Shown: positions 1-8,846 of the stretch, in pieces
Layout of the letters: each line of letters begins with the position of its first letter
How positions within the stretch are numbered: the first letter of the stretch is position 1
Assembly: GCA_018985225.1 (NCBI GenBank)
Contig: JADGIF010000280.1
Span: 1-11,867, forward strand
Reading direction: 5' to 3'
DNA from: Amoeboradix gromovi X-113
Lineage: Eukaryota > Fungi > Sanchytriomycota
Length of the DNA: 11,867 nt
Notes under the pieces: model-generated
Seen by the model: the letters and a program-made list of their open reading frames with translations, nothing else
The model's database searches: none
What the model was told of the DNA's origin: nothing
Position numbers and translations under genes: made by a program

Positions 1-162
1 TAATGTTAATGTAATGGTTTGATAGGTGTAATTGCACTTGGATCGTGCCTCTCGTTTTGAGGGTGGTCTGCTCTCTTCATCAGCGGAATTGCGCTTTCTT
101 TTCATGTTTTGTAAGGGGCAATCCTCTTCTTTCAACTCTGATTGAATTGTATTTGAAATCAT
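1..162 (-). CDS. 5' part of an unknown protein-coding gene running off the left edge (MISNTIQSELKEEDCPLQNMKRKRNSADEESRPPSKREARSKCNYTYQTITLTL...)
   Basis: ATG at 162-160 opens a frame with no stop to the window edge (54 codons), with a second in-frame ATG at 105-103. It has a basic NLS-like KRKR..SKR stretch and sits divergent to dynein, fitting the alternating gene layout. Not in the ORF track; no family recognised. Confidence 0.55.
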   Translation of the reverse strand, partial: MISNTIQSELKEEDCPLQNMKRKRNSADEESRPPSKREARSKCNYTYQTITLTL

Positions 163-327
163 AAAGTCAATAGTTACCGTACAAATCTAAAATAAAGACT
201 GGATGAAAGGGCAAAAGAATAGCTATACAGACTCTTTATTTTTGAAATTTGGATACATTTTGTTTTGTCTAGTTTTTGTAGAGCATATCCCAGGTGTTCA
301 GTTCTCCGTAAAACAGCTTATTTATAT

Positions 328-3300
328 ATGCCCGAGTTTATTTTTTCAGATATGCCAATAGACATGGTTATTGACCAAATATTTAACTTGGATAGGCAAG
401 GCCAATTGAACGCCCTTGAGTCTTTCAAAGAACATTCAATTTTGCTGTATTTTTTGCAAGACTATTCCTTGGCTGAATTAAGAGAAAAGATGAAACGAGA
501 AAAAGAAATTTATAGCGAATTAAAGTGGTTTATTACTTTTAAACCACTTTTAAACCTAAGTTATTTCAAAGACTTGAGTATTGACATTAGCGATTCCATC
601 AAAGAACTGCCAATATTTGAGCAGTTGCTTTTAAATTCTTACATTGATGATGATGGGCTGCTTATCTCTAGTTGGCATAAGCAGTTCCCTAATATACTTG
701 GTGATAAAATTATAAAATTTGATGCCGAAAAGGAAGTATTCAGAGTCAATTATGATGTCAAATACACTCAAATGATTCACCAGAGTAAGTATTTAACCCA
801 CAAAGTGCAACCTTATGTGTTTGAAATTCGAAAGATTAATAAAATCGCTATCCAGCTTATGCAAATGGTTGAACAATATTCTGAATTGGCTGATCTGATA
901 CCGAAGTATTTTCACAGTTTTCTTACTCGGGTGCTTGATTTTGAAAAGGAAATAAACAAGTTCTTAACAATTTCTTGGGGCGATTTGTTGGATAGTAAAT
1001 CAGATCTATATCACCAAGTGGGTTCTATTTTGTCAATGTTTGAATCATTGAGGAACGAGATAAACAATGTACATGACATGTATCATGCCAATATAAGAAG
1101 CATCATTTCACTGAGTAGATTCGATTTGATTAATCATTCTGACGAATGGAAATCAGCTATAGATTTGTTAAACTCCGATCATCCTGATTATAATAACCAT
1201 TTAAATAACCAGATATTTAAAGTACTGAATCTCACAATCGAATGCATGAGTCTAACACGCTGGATGCTTATTCCCATTGATATTTCAGATTGTTTTGTGG
1301 ATTACAAGACTATTAACTACACCATAATTTGCACAACCCGCAGTGCAATTTACAAGCTGGTTAAAAGGCTTTATAATATACCGCTTCATTTTAAAGGACT
1401 AAATCATCGCATACCTATAAGTCCTAATAAATCTATATACTCGTTAGTTGAAACTCAGATAAACTACTTTACCAAATATCTACCCTGCCTGCATGATAAG
1501 CTAGCTACAAAGATTGCGAATCATGATTTTTCATCTATGGAATCTGTTAAAATCGGTGTATTTTACTTTGATTTTAAAAGTTTTAATGACCATTTGAGCT
1601 ATTTAAATGCTCAATACTTGCAGCAGTCTAGTCAAAAAACACAATCTATTATAACCGACCTTATCGCTTCAATCTCCACTATTCTAGAACTAATACAAAA
1701 TGATAAGAAATGCTCAAACTTCGATTTTTTAGCCAAATTAATAAAACAGTGCAATCCCACTTATTATAATGCGTTGATTAACGATTGCATAAAATTTAAG
1801 GTGAACATTAGTAATTTAAGATCACTTAAATTGAAAATAGATGCCGTAATGCCGCTAATTATCAGTTGGAGGGTTGATTTGCAAAATAAACAGTTTGAAA
1901 TTGCTAGTGCCGAGATAAAGAATATCACTGCAGTATTGGACTCACCATCGTATAAAACGATTTACCAGTTCAGTTACTCATACAACCAATACCAGAACGA
2001 AATAAATACATTTTCCACTTTAATCCAACAATTAAAAGTCTATTCAGATAACGCAGAAGTGCAATCTGAATTTAACTTGAATGCAAGAATTCTAGAATAC
2101 GAATCTGAGGTATCGTTCTTAAAAGAATGGGTAGCTAGGAATCCAGCTTATTTTAAATGTCAAGATATGCTAAATGCGTCTTATTTGATGTATAGAGATC
2201 AGCTAACGCCATTGATAACTTCTTGCAGCAAAATGAAATCATTGGCAAATATTTCATCTGGTGATTCGACATCTGATACACCATTTAGTGCGACCTGCTT
2301 ATTAATGATAAAGATAATAGGATTGATTAGATTTGATATATACACTGACTTTGATTATATTCTTCAGTTGCTTAAGCTTGATAAATCGTACCTTAAGGTT
2401 ACAATGTTAGATTTGTTAAAATGTGATTTGAATGAGATTGAAATCAACAAATTCAACAACCAGGCTATTTTGATAAAGAAGACCACGAAATTAGTAAATG
2501 ATGCCAAGTCTGTACACTTTTTAGTACTCAAAATTGACATATCTGGTGTGCCAAGTAGCAATTATGACGATTTACTAATAAAAGTAGATGAAACTATTTC
2601 TGAGCTAGTTATGATAATGAATACCCCTTTAATAGCGAGTACCAAGTTAGCAATTGAAGAGATAAGCGAAGAGTGCACCGGAATCAAATCTTTGCTAATT
2701 AAAATTAGAGATCTCCAACTAAAATGGATCAAGATTAAAAATATCGTATACAACTGTACTACACCAATTAGCAAGATTGAATTTAATAAACTGAATGAGC
2801 ATTGCGCTTCATATCTGCATATGGTGAATGATAAATCACTGATACAGGTGCTACATCTAAATCATACAAATCTAAACGAGCACATTATAGCATTAAATAA
2901 AGTGGAAGACCAGATTGTATCATATTTAAATACCAAACGTAACTCATTCCATCGATTTTACTTCCTTAGCAACGATGAACTGTTGTATTTACTATCAAAT
3001 TACAAAGATGTTCAAATACTAAATAAGTTTATGTGCAGATTTATTACTGCTTGCAAATCATTGATAATTAATAAGAACAATATTGTTGGTATACAGTCCG
3101 ATCTTGAGCGAGTAATGTTTAATAATCCTGTAGAAATTACTGCTATTGAAACAATGCTACCTAGAATCATCAATGAGTCACAGTCAACGCTTGCACAACA
3201 GCTAATTGATGTGCTGAATAAGCAAAAATCAGAGTTCTGTAATCAAATTATGCAAATTAGTGAAATGATTACATTTACCAGCAAGTGCGAGGAATGTTTA

Positions 3301-6300
3301 ATCAGCAGGAAATACAACCAGCTGCAAGTAACGTCATCGTTCACCCACTTAAAGAATATACAAGAGTATATAATAAGTGATTTGCTAATCCATAAACCCC
3401 AGGTAGACAGCCTGCATTGGATCAAGTTTATTCGATACTATTTATTGGATGATGTTTGTATAGTTAAACATTTTCATACCAGTATACCATATGGATATGA
3501 GTATATACTAATTAATGAGCTAGTATTCACTCACCAGACCTGGAAGTGTATGCATGTCGCACTATTAGCTTATCAAGTTGGAATAGGACCGAATCCCAGC
3601 GGGCCAGCAGGGACAGGTAAGACTGAGACTATTAAATATTTGGGCGCGTTGTTGGGTAAGCAAGTGATTGTATTTAACTGCGATGCCACTATCAACTACA
3701 ACGACTTTAAGCATAGCCTGTTAGGCGTTATAGCTAGTCAGCAATGGGGATGCTTTGATGAATTTAACAGATTGAATGTCAAGGTAATGGGCCTAATCAG
3801 TAGTGAATTGAGTTTAATGCTGAACGCACAGTATCAGAGATTGAAAGAAGTAAAATACATGGACATAACTGTTAAAGTTCCATCAACTATAACTGCTATA
3901 ACTATGAACCCTAGCTCCAAATTATATGGAGCTCGTAATGAATTGCCATCTGTGATACGCGATATATTCAAGACAATATTAATGGAAAACACAGACATGT
4001 ACAAGATACTTAACAACATAATAGCGCATGCAGATCTGATTAGAGTGCTAGAGTATTGTGTTACACTTTCTCACCTGCTGATAAAATCACCGATAAATGA
4101 ATTTGGCTTACGAACCTTGAAACCAATATTGCTTAGTAAGCCAGAGGATCTGTTGCTACAAGTATATATTGTGTTGCTGAATAGGCTTGAACAAAGAGAT
4201 ATCCTACTATTCAAAAGAATTTTTAAGGTGAATACCAGTAATGTCGCCAGCAATCTTGCTGCAAATGTTGTACAATCAACAACTGATTTGTTCAAATCAA
4301 GGACAGGTGTATGTTATGTAGGACCGCATTTTACTGGTAAGTCTACAACAGCACAACTGTTACTCAAAGCATATACAGAGCTATCAAAAGATATGCAGGT
4401 TGTCATTTTGGATCCTAAATCAATGCTGATTGAAACTCTGTACATAATACTCTCTACCTACTGCGTTATGGACAATGCATTGCTGATTTTTGATGGCTTA
4501 ATTGATCCTAATTGGGTCGAACTACTAAACTCGTCAATGGATGACAACAAGTTATTGACGTTGCCCAGTGGTCAAAGAATAATGCTTAAAAATATAAAAT
4601 TTCTGTTTATCTGCACTGATATTTCATACGCTTCACCTGCTACAATAAGTAGAATTGGAATTATACATTTCAACGATCATATAGAATATAAGTATACAAA
4701 CGAAATTGTAGTCCATGTTGGGTCACCAAGCGATGAAGGCACCGGTGACTTTAATAGTGATGGAATACATGTAACATTATATTGCTCCAAATATACCACT
4801 ATACATGATGTATATTCCTTCCTTGACTCTAACTGTGTTTTATCAGGTAACGATTACAAACCTAAAGTAGTTGGCGCCACACTCCATATATACTCACCTG
4901 AAATTACGAGTTGCGATGAATACGGCAGCAATGTAGTGCTCAATTTCTTCCATTTTATTAGTAAATACCGCTATTACTACAATTTAAATGGAATATTAAT
5001 GCAAATAAGTGCGCCCATAGTACTGCATGTGCAAAACATAGACCGCAGCAAATTTAGTAGATTTATCATAACAAATAATAAGTACCCCCTATACAGACCT
5101 GCCTCTGAAATTACTAGCACGACTTCCGCTGCTAGTCGCACTTCAATTATGGACACAGAAACACAACTGCCCTTTTGGGTGCTTGAAAAGCTGGACTTAA
5201 TCAAGTTATATTCCACAAAGCAATGTTTATACTTTATTAGTGAGCTGGTTGATTTAAATGACTTGCTCTCAGTACTAAGCATACAGCAAGTAAGGGATTT
5301 TAATGATATATCATCTAGCAACGGAGTGGTACCATTCATTGTCAACCATTCTAACAAAACCAGAGTCATCAATTATTTGATAAATAACAACACAATGACA
5401 ATGCCAATTATAAGAATCCAATCTGTATGGGATGATTTTATAAATTCGAGCCCTGTTTTTGTGCAGTACCATAGGATAGAAGTAGGGTTACTAAATGATA
5501 AAGAAGTTAACAGAATGCTAACAGAAAATGGAATTAGCGCGGCTTCAATCAGCAATAGCAGTAGTACTACTAGCAATTTAACAGATGCAGTAAGAATACA
5601 ATATCTGCTGGATAGCAGTAAAAACTTGTATTTGAATACATTTGATAAAAACATACAGCATCAGCAGTTCATAAACAGAGGACTGAGTAGCATTAGCAAC
5701 ATAACTAACCATGTAATAGCTCTTAAATTGGATATTAAGCTCCAAATAGAGAAAATTAGTCAATCCGAAGTGCTGGCTAATGAAGCCATGGCAGCTTTAC
5801 AATCCACGTTGATAGAACTAAACACACTGCAGTCTAAACAAATGGAACTAATGAAGTCAATGGAAGAAAAGCAATCCGAAATTAAATCAAAACAATTGGC
5901 AATAAGTAATGAGCTGTCAATGGTTCAGCCTATACTTGATGCTAGTAAGATGGCTATCAATAACATAGAAAAGGATACATTAACGGAGCTAAAATCATTA
6001 AGACAACCTCCAGCCAGTGTCGAGGTGGTGCTGCAAGCAGTTTTTATAATATTGGGAATTAAAGACACAAGTTGGTTAGCAATGAAGTCTTTTCTAGGAA
6101 ACAAACAAATAAAACAACAGCTTATGACGTTTGATCCAGCCGATTGTATTTTTGGCAATGAATTGCACGATTTTATAATTAGAAATCCTATTAACCCTTC
6201 CGCAGTTGGAAGTGCTGCTTGTGTGCCATTAGCTGAGTGGGTCTTGGCAACTGATGTATATTGCCAAACTAGCATTAAGTGTAAACCATTTAATCAACAA

Positions 6301-8767
6301 TTAGAGAAACTGCAACTACAATCTGCTGCGTCTACTAACGAAATCGGTAAAATCCAGTCTCAGTTGTCACAAATTCAGGCCAATGTATCTAGTAGTACCC
6401 TGCAATTCCAAAACTTAACAAGCAGTGTTGAAAAGAGTAGATTGTTGCTACTTCAATTGGAGGAACAATTAAACGACGCAGAATGGTTGATTATTCAATT
6501 TAATAAACAAAGCAAGGAGTGGACTAGCACCGATACCAATGCAGAAACAGCAAAATCAGATGCTTTCAACTTGGTGTGGAATATGGCGTATCCTACGGTG
6601 CAATCTGCATCACATGCCAGTATACTAAGTTTAAACAATACTTCTGTTCTACAATATCAGCAAATGGGTGTTCAGGACATAAATTATATGGTTTATGCTA
6701 ATCAGTTACAGTACATGCATTCTTGTGTCATATTAAACGATGATGATGGCATTTTATACAACTACCTGATTAAATACTACAGTGCAACAAATGGCTGTAG
6801 CCTAATCAACAACAATCAATCCAATTGTGTACATCTACTGAACACGGCAATTCATTTAAATAGTACAGTTTTACTAGTTGTTAACAGCAATGCTTTTCTA
6901 AACATTATAATTGATGCAATAGTCCATTACAACAAGATATATGTGTTTATTAAACCCAGTGATGCAAATAAATACTTTATTAGCACCTTGTGCAACTACA
7001 AATACTGCATAAAGTGTAGCATTACATCAAGTGGTGTCGAGTTGCTAATTAACCATTCTATCCAACAACTGTACCATCAAAATGAGTTAGCACAGCTACA
7101 AATGCAGCAGGTAGATGTTCAGTTGCAGTTGCAGCAACTCCAGCAGCAGTTGTTGGTTATAATAAGTAGTCTTGACATATTTCACGCAGACGTAAAACAA
7201 GCTCTTATCAAGATTAATGACAAACAGTCGCAGCTGCTTCAGATAAAACAAGAGACAGAAGTACTAACCGCTAAGATGCCTATCAACATCAACACAACCA
7301 TGTTTGCGCAGTTATATATGCAACTCCAGACAATAAGGGAAAATAATGTCAATTATGGAATGCCCTTGACCAGATACACCTGCTTAATACAAAATACATA
7401 CAAAAAAGCAACAGATTCCAAAATACTTGACAAGGATGAGCTAAATGCCTTTATTCTAGTAGAACTATACCGTACCTTGTATTACAGCGTATTTGAGCAG
7501 CATCGCAGCTTGTTGGTTGCCATATTCCCTAGAAATGTCAATGATGTTATTGTCAAGTACGTTGTCCCTAGTAATCCTGTAATTACGAGCGGAATAGTTA
7601 TTAAAAACGTACTTGCTCATTTCCATTTGGAAGGCTACAAAACAATGCAGCTAAGCGAATACAATGAGTATAGGCTACAAAACAGTACCAGTAGTGGTAA
7701 AATACACGTGAAAGAGTGTCATATGGATATAAATGTTGCCAAGCAGTGTATAATGGAACGCAACGTTGAAAATGCCGCAGTCGTGTTTGAGTTTGAGCCT
7801 GTGGAGGAATATGTTGGGTACTGTACATTCGTTGATGTACCCAGTGATTTAGTGTTGCTAATAACATCGCTGGTCAATATACATGGATATAAGCAATATC
7901 CGATGTTACTGATACATGGAATATTAAAGAAGCAATGCAAAATTATCTGTATTAAAGATTACAATTACAGCAACACTGATTTAGAAATGGCGTTGAGGTT
8001 AACAAAGGACTCCATAACGGTTTCAGACATTGAAGCGACCAGGCATCTTCTAGTACAATGCTACGGTAGCAAAATAGAAGATGAGCTTGATATGATGATA
8101 ATAGAGGGTATAATAAACAATGTGTTGGAATTGAAACTAGAATTTGATAACTTGCCGGAGTGTTTAGAGTATACAAGAGCAGTGCATATAAAAGACCTGC
8201 TAGATATTCCAAATAAGCAAGTCAACAAGCTGAGCATGAATACCAACCTTATTGATGTCAGCAACATTAGCAAGACAGACAAGAGCGACAACATTATGGT
8301 GCAGTTTCTAAAATACATGGTCAAGACCATGGACAACAGATACAAACAAGAGTATATACAAATGATAGTACTCATGGAGAAGAATAAACTGGATTTATTG
8401 CCAATATGCTACAAAATGAATGGACTAATTCAGGCATACAAGTACCACATCTTGGAGAAGACAGCAGGTAATCATAGATAATGTAGATAAAGAGAACTAT
8501 AGCGTTTACATTACAGACGAAAAGAGAGAGGGAGCTCGGCTAGAATGTATATTAAGTATGGGACGACTGGTGGGTGGAGTACTACAGGAAGAATTGCCAA
8601 CAGCATCTGCGGCACCAGCGCCATATACACTTTACGTAGATAAAAAGAAAGATTTGATAAATAATAGAATCAGTATAATGGAGAACGGTGAGTACACCTA
8701 CACAATATACGTAAAGGAGAGCAGGCTCAAGAGATTTAGATGCAGTATTGAGATTGAATACAAATAG
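328..8767 (+). CDS. DYNC2H1: Cytoplasmic dynein-2 (IFT/retrograde) heavy chain, highly divergent and shortened; join(328..8467,8487..8767), 2806 aa. The ORF track starts at TTG 265; first in-frame ATG is 328.
   Basis: Linker motif KRNSFHRFYFLSNDELL. AAA1: NPSGPAGTGKTET (P-loop 3601-3624), VFNCD, WGCFDEFNRL, and MNPSSKLYGAR, which has the dynein-2-type insertion (cf. MNPAGKGYGGR versus dynein-1 MNPGYAGR). AAA2: GPHFTGKS (4321-4344), DGLIDPNWVELLNSSMDDNKLLTLPSGQR, ASPATISR. Stalk/MTBD: ELKSLRQPP...GIKDTSWLAMKSFL (dynein-2-like) and AACVPLAEWV. The last exon is added by a 19-nt intron and absorbs ORF 8558..8767. Confidence 0.9.
8468..8486 (+). other. 19-nt spliceosomal micro-intron in dynein (CAG|GTAATCATAGATAATGTAG|AT), phase 1
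   Basis: GT-AG ends; contains the TAA (8479-8481) that ends the 2738-aa ORF. Removal gives ...EKTA-DKENYSVYITDEKREGARLECILS-MGRLVGGVLQEE..., in frame with ORF 8558..8767. Same length, phase and 3' octamer as the MCM7 intron. Confidence 0.82.
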
Positions 8768-8846
8768 CTACACCGCAGTAAAATAGAATTGCGGACTTGG
8801 CGTGCGAATATTATCGAGTATACTTTTTAAATTTAAAATACATTTA

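Noticed and set aside
3112-3133. GTAATGTTTAATAATCCTGTAG, a 22-nt GT-AG segment
   Set aside because: Encodes the dynein linker motif ERVMFNNPVEI; removal breaks the frame.
3784-3803. Intron look-alike AAG|GTAATGGGCCTAATCAG(TAG), 17 or 20 nt
   Set aside because: It lies in conserved AAA1 (RLNVKVMGLISSEL is colinear with the family) and removal would frameshift. The TAAT branch A would be at -5 or -8 rather than -6. Useful as a negative control for the fixed-spacing model.
7090-7150. CAG/CAGTTG-rich quasi-repeat
   Set aside because: Encodes a Gln/Leu-rich coiled coil within dynein (likely the buttress), not an independent repeat.
2364-8375. Short minus-strand ORFs inside dynein
   Set aside because: Antisense shadow frames of a long CDS with no recognisable motifs.
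8479-8560. TAA/TAG reassignment to Gln or stop readthrough as the explanation for the truncated ends
   Set aside because: The 8-kb dynein ORF has no in-frame TAA/TAG despite many Gln codons, and the missing C-termini are in a different frame, which readthrough cannot reach.
8688-8716. GTGAGT donor-like site in dynein exon 2
   Set aside because: The nearest AG gives 29 nt and a frameshift, with no TAAT motif; the unspliced frame is open to 8767.
8773-8794. Minus-strand hairpin loop TCTATTTTAC as U5 snRNA loop I
   Set aside because: Does not match the invariant GCCUUUUAC, and no extended U5 stem or clear Sm site is visible.
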